64,000 nt of DNA, from positions 144,584,001 through 144,648,000 of the forward strand of contig OZ024742.1 of the NCBI GenBank assembly GCA_964016885.1, given 5' to 3'. The DNA comes from Eledone cirrhosa (taxonomy: Eukaryota). A program made the translations under genes and the position numbers. The notes under the pieces were generated by a model. That model saw nothing but the letters and a program-made list of their open reading frames with translations, had not been told where the DNA came from and did not search any database. Shown in pieces: positions 27,326-41,459 of the stretch (positions are counted from its first letter, which is position 1; the number at the start of each line of letters is the position of its first letter).

Positions 27326-27548
27326 ACTGAGGTTAGCTGGACATGCTCACCGACATTCAGAGTTGACATTGCCCTCAGTGCTCCTGTGGGAGCCCCTACA
27401 TGGACACACTGGAAGACCAAGGTTAACGTATATTGATGCCCTAAGGACAGACACTCGTCTGTTGGAGACGCGGGACATGGCAGCGATAATGAGGGACAGA
27501 GACCGCTGGAGAGAACTCGTCCATGGATCCCGGGAATTTTACCCGCCC
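27326..27548 (+). mobile_element. RTE-clade LINE 3' end fragment
   Basis: LRLAGHAHRH...VLLWEP.HG..GRPRLTYID.L..DT...MRDRDRWRELV, a typical RTE C-terminus; inserted in (TA)n. Confidence 0.85.
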
Positions 27549-27570
27549 TATATATATATATATATATATA

Positions 27571-28297
27571 GTGTTAGAAGGTAAACGGGACGTCAACAAG
27601 AGAAGAAAAGTATCCCTTCATCAGCTGTTTACTACAGATCATAGATGTTTCGGCGCTTAAAGCAGAACGTCGATCTGTAGCGCGCCCATGGCCTTTTATC
27701 CATCAAAAGGCCATGAGGGAAAGAAGTGATAGTGACGAGAGAGGAAGAAGAAAAAAAGGAAAAGAGGAAAAACGAAGTAAACATACCGATAGATGTTGGG
27801 ATACAGGACAATGGCACATATATGTAAGTAACCGAAGAGAAAGTAGAATAAGTTATAATAAGCCGATGGGTTTAAGTCGGTTGGCAGTGACAACTATGGA
27901 GCAAGGTTTTTCCGTGGCAATCTCAGTAAAATGATGGTAGAGAGAGAGAAAGACGGAGAAACCGGAAGTGAGAGGGGGTGAGAAAGAGGGACAGAGAGAG
28001 AGAGGGAGGAGAAGGGAAAGAGAATTAATCCAAAAGGGTTTTACGACACGTGTGACCAGGCCCAAAACAACCAAATGGATAGAGAGGGGGGAGAGAGAAA
28101 AGGAGGGAGTCGATCCGAAAGACAAATCGAGCAAGACGGGCAGAGAGGTTACAGCAGTAAATACAAAATTACAGGTGAAGAGGCAGGCTGTGTGGTTACT
28201 GAAAACGAAGTGTTAGAAGGTAAACGGGACGTAAACAAGAGAAGAAAGGTATCCCTTCATCAGCTGTTTACTACAGATCTAGATGTTTCGGCTCTTA
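27571..28297 (-). mobile_element. Non-coding element: 639-bp unit plus about 88-bp terminal direct repeat, with hammerhead core half-sites
   Basis: 27571-27659 recurs at 28210-28297; flanked by (TA)n; minus strand has CCGAAAC...CTGATGAAGG in each repeat. Confidence 0.7.
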
Positions 28298-28316
28298 TAT
28301 ATATGTGTGTGTGTGC

Positions 28317-28360
<44 letters not shown>

Positions 28361-28429
28361 GCATTTTGTTTTCCTTTTACTAATATATATATATATATAT
28401 ATGTACACACACACACACACACGCACACG

Positions 28430-28474
<45 letters not shown>

Positions 28475-29309
28475 TCGTTTATATGGGAATCGATTGGGGA
28501 CAGTTCTTATTTTAGATATGTGTTGTTAAACATATGACTATGCTTTTTTTATTAGATTTTTTTCTCCTGTTTTTCTTTCATTGCTTTACAGCTGGTTTGT
28601 TAAAACAAAGTTTATATATTCATTATTTAATCAATGTTTCTAGCCTTTCATAATCTCATCTTCAGGACGTCGAGATTTTATGCAGTTTTTCTCCGAATGG
28701 AATTTGGAACTTGATCGTAAGACCTATACGCTACAAGTCGTATGTTTATTATGTATGTGTACTATTCGTGCCTTTAGTACTGTATTGTTGCTTGTGTATC
28801 AACGTTAGCATTGTATTGTGATATAAGTATCACTACAATGATTAACCATCTATTTTTGTTAGAACATTTTTATAATGCGGTTATATTATCCGTCAATGTT
28901 TTCCTATTTTGCTTTGTTTTGTGTAGTGTGGTGAAGTGTGGTGAAGTGTGTCGCGATTACTCTTTATTGCAAATGTATGGTAACCCTTCAAGTGAGTGTT
29001 GTACTTGTATGAGCAATGCAACAATTGGGTTCATGAAGTTTACAAATTATATTTTTGCAATTACATTGATTATTTGTAGCTTGTTCTCAAGTTTGTGGTT
29101 GACACGGAAGCTTTTGATAGATATAATAGTTGAGAGAAGCTGAGAATACAACTATATGTTTGGCAAAGTAAATCGATGCGAGTTGATAATCTACAAGAAC
29201 GAAGGGTGTAGAGCATCCAAAGTTAACCCGATGGATACAATCCAATAACTGTATGGTTATGCTTTTTGCTTTTTCTAATGGCTAGAATATATACGGCTCA
29301 CTACACCTG

Positions 29310-29500
29310 GATAAACATCCACGTCACCGATGATGTCCAAGGGAAAGGCAAGGGCCGATACAGCTTGGCACCAGTGATGCTGCAACTCATTTCTTCAGCT
29401 AAGTAAACTGGAGCAGAGTGAAATAAAGTGTCTTGCTCAAGGACACAACGCATCACCCTGTCCGAGAATCAAATTCACAACCTCCTGATTGCATACCCAA
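29310..29500 (-). mobile_element. tRNA-derived SINE (family 2), decayed
   Basis: ctcatttct..agct.agtaaactggagca..gtgaaataaag.gtcttgctcaagga shared with 37888-37950. Confidence 0.75.
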
Positions 29501-30345
29501 CCAATAAAGCCGGACAGGTTGAATTCCCTTAATAATTTATTTCTGAAAGCTCTATGCACATTTCCATGGCCAGACTTCGTATGAACCCGGTGACATCATC
29601 AAGTGTATATTGCATAATAGTGTATATTGCATACTAAGGGAATGATGGTAAACACTTTAAGGGAACAAGCAAAAACAAAAAAAAAAGAGAGAGAAGAAAA
29701 AAGTATTTTTTTTGTTTTTGACTCAGAGATGATCGTGGTAGCCTGTTGTCATTTTGCCTCGTCGTTTCTGATACATATGCATGTATCTGTATATATATGT
29801 ATTATAAAATTACTGATTGTACCAAAATTTGAATCCATACTTTACTTTGTTCAGAATTAGAGTCTGTTTGGTACATCATTATTTCTGCCATTAATAATAA
29901 TTTATTTATTGGGTGCAGTGTAGCAGAAATGGTAGAAGGTCGGCTTAAATATATTGTGGGGTCTAGAATCGTGTCGCTTCTATCTGAGTTCAGATACATA
30001 CATTTTGATGCATATATCTATAGATCTTCACAACAGTGTTTTGTTATATTAAAGATTTCGATTATATCTTCTATTTTTGTTCAATGGGCTTTTAAAAATG
30101 TAACACTCGAATTTATTTCATTATATTAAGAATTTCTATTATGACTTAGATTTCGCTCTATAAGTAACACTTTACACCCAAACGAGTATGAAGTTTGGGA
30201 GGAACAAGAGGAGATAACATAATTGAATATTATTATAGATTATAAGCCTCAATTTCAGATAGTAAAGAACAACATTGACAGAATTCCGCTTACGCACATA
30301 AGATGTGTCAAGTGATCGCATTATGTATTATATTACGGAACATTA

Positions 30346-30533
30346 AGGACGGTGGATTGGCAGTATCAGTAGAGGGTCGGACGCCATGCTTTCCAGCATA
30401 GTTACGTCCCTTTACGATCTGAGTTCAAATCCCGCCGAGGTTGACTTTGCCTTTCATCCTTACGGGGTCGATAAAATAAAGTACCAGTAATGCACTGGGT
30501 AATTGCTGGCCTTGTGCCTAAAGTAGAAACAAT
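30346..30533 (+). mobile_element. Family 1 SINE, full length, with TSD
   Basis: ATTATATTACGGAACA duplicated on both sides (about 30327-30342 and 30532-30547). Confidence 0.93.
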
Positions 30534-30629
30534 TATATTACGGAACAATTGCGTTAGATATGTTATTTAAGACCTGGAAGTGGACCTGTTGCTCATTTTT
30601 GTTTTATTGTGATACGTATAATGTCCAAT

Positions 30630-30960
30630 AGGCGGCGAATTGACAGAGTCATCAGAACGTAAGATGCTTTATGGTATTCGTTCCGGCTCTTTGCTCTCTG
30701 AGTTCAAATCCCGCCGAGATCAACTTTGCTTTTCATCTTTTCGAGGTCGATAAAAATAGGTACAAGTCAAGTACTGGGGGTCGATTCTTGCTCTATATTT
30801 CTTTCTCATTTCCTCTCTTTCACTTTCTCTGGAAGAAATCTACTGTACTCAGGCCTGGAGAGGGATGGACTCCGCCAGGCTTAAAATGGCCAAGAAACGC
30901 CGTATGTCAATACTGTGTCACTACAACTCTACCGGGAGTTACGGGGGACCCATACATAAT
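30630..30960 (+). mobile_element. tRNA-derived SINE (family 3: same central domain, different long tail)
   Basis: Head ggcggcgaattgacagagtc, B-box, gcttttcatcttttcgaggtcgataaaa, then a tail shared with 50540-50850. Confidence 0.75.
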
Positions 30961-32314
30961 GTCAAATACTATTAAAAAATAGTTTTGTCAATTTTGTGAA
31001 GCAAATAGTGCATCTTCAAATAGAAACACTACTCTTCACGAAACGTAACTCATGCTGAGGAAACAGTGTTAAATATTCAAACATCTCTCATGGATTATGA
31101 ATAGCATTATACATTTGAGTGATTGAATGCGCTGCCATTGTTGATTAAGACGAAAGACAAAATATTTCCCTTAAATTCCATAAACGTTTCATTATGTTAG
31201 TTTAAAGCTGATGGTTACCAGAGTAATATTTCGTTATAATATTCCTTATTGTTATGTATTCCCCCACCTGGATTATTATGCAGCTATTTTATATTTATAT
31301 ATTTGCCTTTTTCTCTCAATGTAACCATGGCATCAATATTACTAGAAAAAGTTGTAGAATGAATGAAGGCAGCATAGAATGAACGAGAATATGTAGTATA
31401 AATAAATGGAAAGATCGATTTATTAAATGAAAGTAGGACGTGAAATGAAATAGAAAGCCAGTAAAAAGAGTGACGAAATGATGAAAGAGCCGCATATTTC
31501 AACTGAGAGTCACATAAATGCAAAACAAACGATAGCCTTTGTAAATAAAAGATGAAAACGCATACATAGTAAATTAATGGAACGTTGAAATTATATATAA
31601 AACTTCACAGCAGAATTGAGCTTAACTCTTAATTTGATGTACTCTTGGAAACATTGTTAAACTGGCAAACATAAATAAATAAAACTCTGCAATAGAACCA
31701 TTAATCTTTGAATAATTGATGGTTTTATGGTAAGCTGTAACCAAGATGTTTACTTACAAAGTTGAATATTTTCCTGCTCCTAGGACTAATACCAACTTGC
31801 TATTTCTTATCTATTTCTTAAATTTAAAACCAATGCAACAAGGACAAGAACAATAGGCGTAACAAAATCTAAATTACTTTCTTGAATTTACTGAAAACTA
31901 TTTGAAATATATTATACTGTTTTGTTATGTTTCACTAGTATTTCATTTTATAGACTGCATTTTTGATTAAGCTATTCACTTATATTAATTGTATGATAAA
32001 AATACTGATATCAATCTGATTGAATTTACTTGCTATTGTTGTTATGTCTTATCTATCTTTGGTTCGTCCAATTCTTACAAGCTATGAGAGAAATTATTGC
32101 TTGCATTGATTCACTTCTGCCCATTCCTTTATACACATTTTTTACTCTTTCAACTGATCGTATGAAAAGATATGAAAAGCAAAAAAAAATGTACTTTTAC
32201 TACACTCCCACCCCCACACCTCACACATATACACACGCGCGCGGGCGCACAGATATATAGATATATATCTGTGCGGCGTGTATATGTGTGTGTGTGTATG
32301 TGTACACGCGCGCA

Positions 32315-32387
<73 letters not shown>

Positions 32388-32418
32388 CACATACTCACAC
32401 ACATACACACGCACAGAT

Positions 32419-32488
<70 letters not shown>

Positions 32489-32617
32489 TTATCATTGATT
32501 CACAGTATGACAATCTTTTCCTCACCATTCTTTTTCTGTTGCATATTATTCCATATCATGCTGCTTCGAATGTTTTTCAGATATTGGTACTCTACTGCAG
32601 TTATGTGCATATATACT

Positions 32618-32691
<74 letters not shown>

Positions 32692-33084
32692 GTATATATA
32701 TACTTGTGCATACGCCTGAATACCTCTAAATATTGGTATATAGTCGAAGAAATATTACAGCCAACTAGGCTTTCAGCCATATCTTTTTTTCTTCTTCCTT
32801 CAACTCACATATACATATATACATACACATAGATATATGTACATACACACACACAGATATACACACACAAATACACATATATAGGCATATATATGCATAT
32901 ATATTCAACACATTCGCACACCTATAAACACACCTTATACACACATATATATAATGACACACATACGCATATATATTTATATTTACATATGATGATTGTT
33001 TCATCTTGTCAGTGGATAGGTGTCTTATGTTTCAGTGTTTACTGTAGTGCGCCAATATGCTTTGAGATAACTATTAAGACTAGG

Positions 33085-33131
<47 letters not shown>

Positions 33132-33202
33132 CATATATGCATTTTCATATGTGTTTATACACTTCTAGATATAGAGGGTATGTATGTTTATAGAGGTATA
33201 TT

Positions 33203-33243
<41 letters not shown>

Positions 33244-33325
33244 CAAAATATCCACACACATGTATACATATCTATATATCTATATATATATATCTATATA
33301 TCTATATCTATCTATCTATTATCTA

Positions 33326-34265
33326 TCAGGCGTACCCGGCTGTCAGTGGAGAATCCACCTCGTCATTCTATAGAGGGCTGGTGGTTAGCAGGTGCGACGA
33401 CGCCCTCGGAGAAGCCCTAGGCATGGAGGAAAACGAACTGGCCAACCTGTTCGGTAGGACATTCAGCTCGGGACCTATGGATAACTTCCAGAGGTCCCTG
33501 GCCTGGCAGTGCTACCGAGGGGCTCTGCCCATTCGAGAAAGGCTCTACAGACGCGGGCGCCCGGGTAGGGACCCCTCGAAAAAGATCTGTCCCAGATGCG
33601 TGTGCGATGAGGAAACCGTTGCACACGCATTGGTACACTGCTCGGGCATTGCCGATCTGTGGGATCTATGTCGAACGACTGCTGTCACGGGTGGGATCGA
33701 TCTGGTTGACCACCGAGTCTATTGTAACGATCAAGCCGCCTCCTCTCTTCAAAAACGAAGGAGAGGCGGTGTTTCTGTGCGTAATAGCCATGGCGAAAGA
33801 GGTTGTATGGTGGACGTATCTGAAAGGACTGAGGTCAGACACCTTTCTCTCTGGCCAACAATTGGTCCGTTTCTTCCGATATCATTTCGGAAGAAGGATC
33901 AGGATGGAGAGAGAGGTGCTGCACCCCAGCCGTTTCTATGAAAGATGGGTGAAAGTGGCGAGAATGGCCTGTGTGAATGGGCCTTCACTCTACATCAGAC
34001 TGTAGGTGAGAAAGATGAAAGATCATGGGAGCACTCTCTCTCTGTGCTCCTGAGGAGAAGGGTTGCAAACTTTTTTCGGGGGTGTGTGCGACCCCCCTAT
34101 TGAGGATTTTGTTTTTCAATTTATTTTTGTTATATTTTATATTTTATATTTTTATATTTTGTTATTGCCTCCTCCTTATTGAGGACGCCTTGTTATGTAA
34201 ACTCCCCTCATTGTACTTGTCCCACTCTTTGACGCTCTGGTGGCAAATAAAAAGAAAGTTATCTC
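33326..34265 (+). mobile_element. 5'-truncated Tx1-clade LINE, diverged subfamily
   Basis: SFYRGLVV, MDNFQRSLAWQCYRGALPIRERL, CPRCVCDEETVAHALVHC, MAKEVVWW; AATAAA near 34246. Confidence 0.9.
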
Positions 34266-34273
34266 TCTCTATG

Positions 34274-34304
<31 letters not shown>

Positions 34305-34374
34305 GGGGGGAGATAGATATATATACACCAAAATATCCACACACATGTATACATATCTATCTATCTCTCTCTCT

Positions 34375-34412
<38 letters not shown>

Positions 34413-34446
34413 GCACACATATATATATATACACACATATATATAT

Positions 34447-34487
<41 letters not shown>

Positions 34488-36047
34488 TATACACACATAT
34501 ATATGTATAGATACATATGTGTGTCTGTGTGTGTGCATGTGTGTATACATTTGTCTATCTATATATATATATATATACCACACACATATATACATAATGT
34601 GTCCTCCAGGGATTTTGAGGATGAACATTCAGTTGTTTGACTTGGAAAATTAGCACATAAGCGGCTGAATGATCCACAACTCGTGTGTCTTGAACATAAT
34701 TCTCAACATGACACAATATAACAAGGCTGACATTTGAATTGTAGATACAACTGATGCTTACTCAATTCCCCTCGGTAGTACTGAAACTATTGTAAAAAAA
34801 AAATTTATACAAAATACCAATCAGTGGGGTTGAACCAGAATACTCACGATTCCGAAGCAAACGTCTCAACCACTCACATATCCCTGTGTAGTCTGAGATA
34901 TAGTCTTGAGGAAATGTGGGATAGGTATGACGTTTGATAATAGGTTTGCTCAGTTTGGGTCAATCAAATGTCCCGCAATAACAGCGTCTCTGAACACACC
35001 AGCTTAACAAGATGACGTGTTTTGACAACATTCCTTCCACTACTTTTAAACAAAGCACACTCTCTCTCTATCTGACTCCCCACTCTCTCTCCCTCTCTCT
35101 CTCTCTCTCTCTACGTGGATCTTCAATCTACAGAAATAGGCATCAGTGTGTACCATTGCTAGGTCGGCCAACTTCTTTAACCTGGTCAACTTACACCCAA
35201 CCGCCCACTAGAATTAATTATTCTAATATGTCTGATATATTATTTATTCAACTGGTATGGCTGTAGTAAAGAAATAATATCCACTATGTAAAACCTCTCA
35301 TTCGTATATATCTCTTCCATCTCAATAAAATAAATATGTGGTTTTCTTGATAAAGCACTACGAAACGAAACGGAACCACGTAGCCGCGAGGTTTCTTTTT
35401 CAAACTCCTATTTAATTCCAGCTTATAAATTTAAACTCCTCAACTAATATATTAGTGCAGCGTTCAGTATCAGATCTTTGAATGCCTTTGCCAAATAGAT
35501 AAGAAAAGTGACAGATTCAGGCAAGGCAAATTGCAAACGATTCATTTGGAAGACAACACCCAAGAAAATAAAAATACATCTACACATATGTGATGCAGTT
35601 AAGTTAAAATTTACGTATTTTACTTATTTTCAACATCCTAATCTTTTGAAACAATTTTGAATGAGAAATTCCAGATGGTGCGAATAGCTCATAGACACTC
35701 TTTCTTTATCATATAATTTGTCTATTATGCAGTCGTCTCGTGTAGCAGTTTTCCTAGTAGATACAGACTATATTTCATTTATTCGGCTATAGAACAGCGA
35801 TCAACAGAAACAAATTTAAGCCAGTATCCTCGACGACTGTTCTGTTTTATATTTTGCGATGAAAACTGCCTTAGAAGAAAACAGCAATTTACAAACAGTT
35901 CACGAAATATAAAGACTCAGCAAAATGATCCAAGGAGGAAGTATATATACACAGATCTGTCAATTCTTCCTGTCCGATGAGGAGATCTCCTACCCATTTT
36001 GGGGTGGGTGAGAAATGTTTTCTCTCTTCTTGGGGAGATTTTATATA

Positions 36048-36292
36048 ATTGTTTCTACTTTTGGCACAAGGCCAGCAATTACCCCAGTGCATTACTGGTA
36101 TTTATTTTATCGACCTTGTGAGGATGAAAGGCAAAGTTAACCTCGGCGGGATTTGAAGTTAAGCGCCTTTATGGTCTGAGTTCAAATCTCGCCGAGGTTA
36201 ACTTTGCCTTTCGTCCTTACGGCGTCGATAAAATAAAGTACCAGTAATGCACTGGGGTAATTGCTGGCCTTGTGCCAAAAGTAAAAACAATT
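36048..36292. mobile_element. Inverted pair of head-truncated family 1 SINEs
   Basis: 36048-36157 minus and about 36165-36292 plus; inverted match continues about 17 bp into the flanks. Confidence 0.88.
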
Positions 36293-37026
36293 ATATAAAC
36301 TCTCCCCATTTGGTCTCATTTCTACCCGTTTTGGGGCACTTTTTTTCATGGTACTCCCCGTTTGGGTTTTTAGAGGTTGGCACGTTTGATATACATGATC
36401 ACTCTAGTCGCAAGAAATAGAAATCAAATAACCTTCAAATCATTCTCTATTGTATCATAAAAAGAAAATACATATTGGTTATTTTATAATGTAGTCCTAG
36501 ATACACTACATCCGGAACAATATAATGGATGATAACGATTGGAAAAACTTATAAGTCTATTCGATCAGGACTCACCTACACAATAAATACTCAGCATTGA
36601 TTGCATTTATTGATGCACGTGTCGCTTTAGGAAAGAATTTCTACTCATACTCATTTCATTCAAACTATTAGAATTTAGACTTTGTACGACAGCACAGGAT
36701 TACATTTTATCAGTTCACTGTTAAATAATTACAAATAATTTGTTTCTGACGTGAAAACACAAACTATAAAATAAAATGTCATGCATACACCATAAATGAG
36801 TTTTGCTTGTGTGCGCGCGCGTGTGTGCGTGTGCGTGTGCGTGTGCGTGTGCGTGTGCGTGTGCGTGTGCGTGTGCGTGTGTGTGTGTGTGTGCGTAATC
36901 AAGATGAAAATTACAAATACGAACGTGTTTTTAGAGTGATATTTAATATCTAAGACGTGTTGTGTATATCTAACAGGAACTCTCTCTCCGCGTCTCTCTC
37001 TATCTATCAATTCATATATATGTATA

Positions 37027-37064
<38 letters not shown>

Positions 37065-37240
37065 AGTTAATTTTATAATTTTCTTATTTTACGTCTCTCA
37101 TATTATTGTTCTGCATCCCCATGCATTGAACCACAAAGTTACTAAGACAAAACCTATATATTTGCTAGCATAAGTATGAATCTGTGTGTATATATGTTAC
37201 TAGATATATTAATTCTTTATATATATATATATATATATAT

Positions 37241-37765
37241 GTAATCTGAGTTTTTCGAATATTAATAATTGTTTCTACTTTTGGCACAAGGTCAGCAATT
37301 ACCCAGTGCATTACTGGTACTTTATTTTATCGACCCCGTAAGGATGAAAGGCAAAGTTAACCTCGGCAGGATTTGAACTCAGAATGGCAAGGGCCGTAAC
37401 TCTATGCGTCAAAGCATGGCGTCCAACTCTCTACCGATACTGCCAAATATTAATAATAACATTTGATTCGTTTGCAATTATGCAAACAAGCCTCAATTTT
37501 ATAGCCATGTCAGTAGAATGAACGCTTCATTCTTGCTCTTGTGTTGGCATGTGAACAGAACTGCAGACACTAATGTTTCTGGTGTATCGCCCTTCATCAG
37601 TACAGGTCACTGTTCACCTGCCAAACTGTCAGAGCTAGTGAAAATATATGCTATTTTCAAAAATACAGAGTGACTGATCGGCCTGATTTGCATATTAACA
37701 GATCCACTGATCAGCCAGATTTGCATATCAGCAGACTGGCTAGTCAGTTTCCTGTATACAGGCGA
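37241..37765 (-). mobile_element. PLE pLTR-like segment interrupted by a family 1 SINE (37268-37445, minus)
   Basis: SINE flanked by an AATATTAATAAT duplication; host tail matches 12678-12729; hammerhead at 37561-37605. Confidence 0.7.
37561..37605 (-). ncRNA. Minimal type I hammerhead ribozyme
   Basis: Minus strand CTGTA-CTGATGA-aGG gcgataca CCa-GAAACA ttag TGTC-TGCAG: stem I 5 bp (one G-U), stem III 3 bp, GUC site; stem II weak. Confidence 0.72.
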
Positions 37766-37779
37766 TAATATATATATCA

Positions 37780-38031
37780 CCTTGACCGACCAGTCTGTCT
37801 GGCGTCCATTGGGCGCCGCTGGTCACAGCACGTCGTGCTGTTTTAGCCATAAGATAACGCCATCCATGGCTGGGCGAGCAGGCCAGTACTCATTTCTACA
37901 GCTGAGTAAACTGGAGCAACGTGAAATAAAGCGTCTTGCTCAAGGAAACAAGACATCACCCGGTCCGAGAATTGAACTCTCAACCTTTCGATTGCAAGCC
38001 CAATGCTCTAACCACTAAGCCATGCGCCTTC
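37780..38031 (-). mobile_element. tRNA-derived SINE (family 2)
   Basis: Minus-strand head GGCGCATGGCTTAGTGGTTAGAGC...GAGTTCAATTCTC (A and B boxes) followed by ccttgagcaagac. Confidence 0.85.
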
Positions 38032-38717
38032 ACTAATATATATATATATATATATATATATGGGGGGGGGGGCATGTATAGTATGATTGTCTTTCACTTT
38101 CGAGTATTACAAACCTTTTATGTGTCTCTGTGGCCGCATGTTGACACAAATATTATCTCAACAACCCTACCACCACCACCACCACCACCACCACCCATTG
38201 GAAAATCTAGAATATGACAGTTACAGGGAGGAAGGACTGCACTAGTATTTAATTAGTACTTTATTTATTGACGCTAAATATGATGAAGAGGTGGTGTTGA
38301 CCTCGGTGGGATTCGAACTCGGAGTAAATTTGGGATAAATATCACAAGCACGCCGCGCACACACACACTGACGTACATACACATACATATGTATTACAAA
38401 AATGGGATTTGTTACAGATGGTCATGTCTCTCTCTGTATGAGCCTTTTCAAACGCTTGAAAAAGCTTGTGTCGAGCAAAACATGGTCATTTGTACCGAAA
38501 CATGTATATTTTAATTTTAAACATATTAATATTGTTCTACTTCTAAGCTTGTCTGGCGTCCTTTAATTGAAAATGATTTTTATTTAATAACTATTCTTTC
38601 AAATATTATATAATATCAAAAATGGCTGACTAATCACAAAGGTGTTTTCTTTTTGTAAAAAAAAAATCCATCTTTGCCCTTTCTGTCTCTCGTCTATTTC
38701 TTCTATCTCTCATTCTA

Positions 38718-38752
38718 CCTCCCGATGAAGGACTAAAGTCCGAAATGCAATT
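38718..38752 (+). ncRNA. Degenerate hammerhead motif in an old pLTR-like repeat
   Basis: CCGATGA-a-GGAC taaa GTCC-GAAAT gca ATT; stem I not recognisable; a more decayed relative lies near 40635-40665. Confidence 0.45.
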
Positions 38753-39966
38753 TTCTTTTTACTATATCAAACGTAAAACTAATATATATCACCATTGTAC
38801 TGTATTGTTCTCTTCTTTCGTCTTTTCTCTCTTGTTGTCTCGTCGTTTACTGCTTACATACATCCATGCTCATACACACACACACACATATATATATATA
38901 TACACACACAAACACAAACATATATGATAACAGATATATTTCTTTATTATATTTATTATATATATATATATATATATTGGCTGTCTATCTGTTATCATAT
39001 ATGATAACAGATAGACAGAGAGATATCTAAACAAACACCCACCCACACACAGACATATATAATAACAGGTAGACAGACAGATATTTAAATTGATTACTAA
39101 AGACATATTACATTCATATTCCGAAATGATTGGTTCCGGATACCAAATAATATATAGTTTACTGGAGTAGAGAGTTGATTAAGAAAAAAAAGAAAGAAAA
39201 ATGTAAACACACAAGTTGTCCACAAATATTGATATTTTAAATTAGGTGAACAACCAAACTACAAGCCTGGCTCTCATAACATTACCGATATAAATTTGAG
39301 CTTTTTGTTCTCGATATACTGAGTCACAAAAATTGTGTAGAATTCGTATCTAGAACTGAATAATTTAAATGCACGGTTTCAATTTTTGTTCGTTGTTGTT
39401 GTAAAGAATGCCTACTGAAGAACATCCACACCGTCGCTCAACAATATACTCCAATCCCTGATTTTCGACGTACTGGCCACCTTCTCAGCATTTTTAACGC
39501 ATCCACTTACTGAAACCAAAAGTAGCCGATGAGATTGGCACAATACGTTTTAATGGTTTAGTCTAAAGAAAAGGGCCACGAACCTGTTCTCTCGAACGTC
39601 CTCTCTTCCTATGATTTTTTTCTCTTTCGAAATAAAGTTGCCAGTTCTATTCAGGAAGAAGGAACATCAACCATGCTGATTTCGCTGATCTTGAAGAGGC
39701 TCCCAGGGTCACGCCCATGGCCCTTTTCTTCAGATTAAACCACTAAAACTTGTGCCAATCTCATCGGCCAGTTTTAGTTTCAGTAAATCATTTATATTTT
39801 CGAATAAAGCATGAACGTCACATCATTATCATTGTTCTGAAATCAATAAAATTAATTATGAATAACCATAGGGGAAATGTAACAGGAAATATGGACAATG
39901 AAGATTTGGTTCTATTTATTTTGCTTTATCTCTCTCTTTTTTTTTGTTTTCTTTTGCAAAAGATCA

Positions 39967-40043
<77 letters not shown>

Positions 40044-40875
40044 TGTGTGTGTGTGTGCAGGTGTATGTTAGACTTCCGTTAGTTATGACGACATATGTTC
40101 CAGTTGTTTGACTAATGTAAGAGTCTACTCGTGGAATTAACGAAGATGAGCATTCCAGGGACTCGTGTACTCCTTTTTCAAGGAAACGTAGCCTAACACA
40201 GTGTGTCACAAAGGTGACCCTTTGATTTCTGAGTGCAACTCCTTTTCATCAGCAGTGTGTGTTAGTGCAACCTAGAATAAGTATCATGCTTAATGACACA
40301 ACGCACTACTCCGAATCAATATAACATCCTTACTATCATGAGCCAAACAACGAAACCCTTAAGCCACGGACCTTCACATTATCAGCAAATAAAACAAGAA
40401 TGATTGTGTGTTAAGAAATTCACACAACTGACATGTACACACTTCAATTCACGCCATCACTTTAAATGCCACAAATAGCGCACAAAAGAGATTATCGTGG
40501 ATGCTCGGGTACCGCTACTGCATGTAAACCCTCATACAACTCCGACACTCTTGTTCCCGTCACTTCTCCTGATGATCCTCTCTTCTACCTGAACTTTTGT
40601 TCCCTAAACTTTTCTCTCCTTCCCTTATTTATTTCCCAAAGAAGGACTAACGCCCGATACATAAAGACACTTTTTTATCCTTTTTATACAAACATGAACC
40701 TAATAACACTTTTTAAATTGTTCTTGTGCTTTTTTGACTGACTTTATTGTTGGCCCTGCATTATATCATCTATATCAATAGATACATACACACATACACA
40801 CATACACATATATGTGAGTATTTATGTATGCATAAATATATGTATACACGTACAAACACGCATTAGATATATGGT

Positions 40876-40914
<39 letters not shown>

Positions 40915-40920
<6 letters not shown>

Positions 40921-41389
40921 AAGTTAAATAAAAGTCAAATGATTAAAATTTAGCTTCGTTTATTACTGCTATATATATTTCAGTGACAGCCATCTTTGGC
41001 TGTGACCTCTTCAGGCAGTTTGAATTAGTGTGGTATACTTTAGGTGTATAATATTGTCAATACTCTGATATGCCCAGTTCCTTGTTGGGTTGTTATTTCA
41101 CTGAGGAACTGGAGTCATATGAATTCAAACAAACGAATTTCAGTGTCAAAGGTCCTCTTCTCTAATTGGTCAGTTATTAGAACATTCCTCATTCTAAGTG
41201 TTGTTATTGTTGGAGTTAGCTTAAAAATTTGAAATATATATAGCAGTAATAAACGAAGCTAAATTTTAATCATTTGACTTTTATTTAACTTTATTTTACA
41301 CTACTCCGGAGTAACCAACCCAACCTGCGCACTTCGTCGAGTGCTCCAGCCTGCATACTGAGGTATTGGTATACAACCAACATAAACTC

Positions 41390-41390
<1 letters not shown>
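40915..41390. mobile_element. PLE pLTR fragment with inverted terminal segment
   Basis: 40915-40982 is the reverse complement of 41230-41297; flanked by (TA)n. Confidence 0.8.
40965..41019 (-). ncRNA. Minimal type I hammerhead ribozyme
   Basis: Minus strand ACTGC-CTGAAGA-GGTCACAGCC aaagat GGCTGTCACT-GAAAT atat ATA-GCAGT-AATAAA: stem I 5 bp, stem II 9/10 bp, palindromic AT stem III. Confidence 0.85.

Positions 41391-41459
<69 letters not shown>

Noticed and set aside
28630-28670. Hammerhead on minus strand (CTGAAGA...GAAAC)
   Set aside because: Stems I, II and III do not pair convincingly; at best a decayed remnant
35952-36388. MITE with TIRs CAGATCTGTCAA and TTGGCACGTTTG
   Set aside because: Only about 8 of 12 positions match and no TSD could be identified
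37960-38031. tRNA gene
   Set aside because: A and B boxes are present but run into a multi-copy SINE body; no complete cloverleaf could be verified
39672-39740. Hammerhead on minus strand (CTGAAGA...GAAAT)
   Set aside because: No valid NUH triplet or stem I
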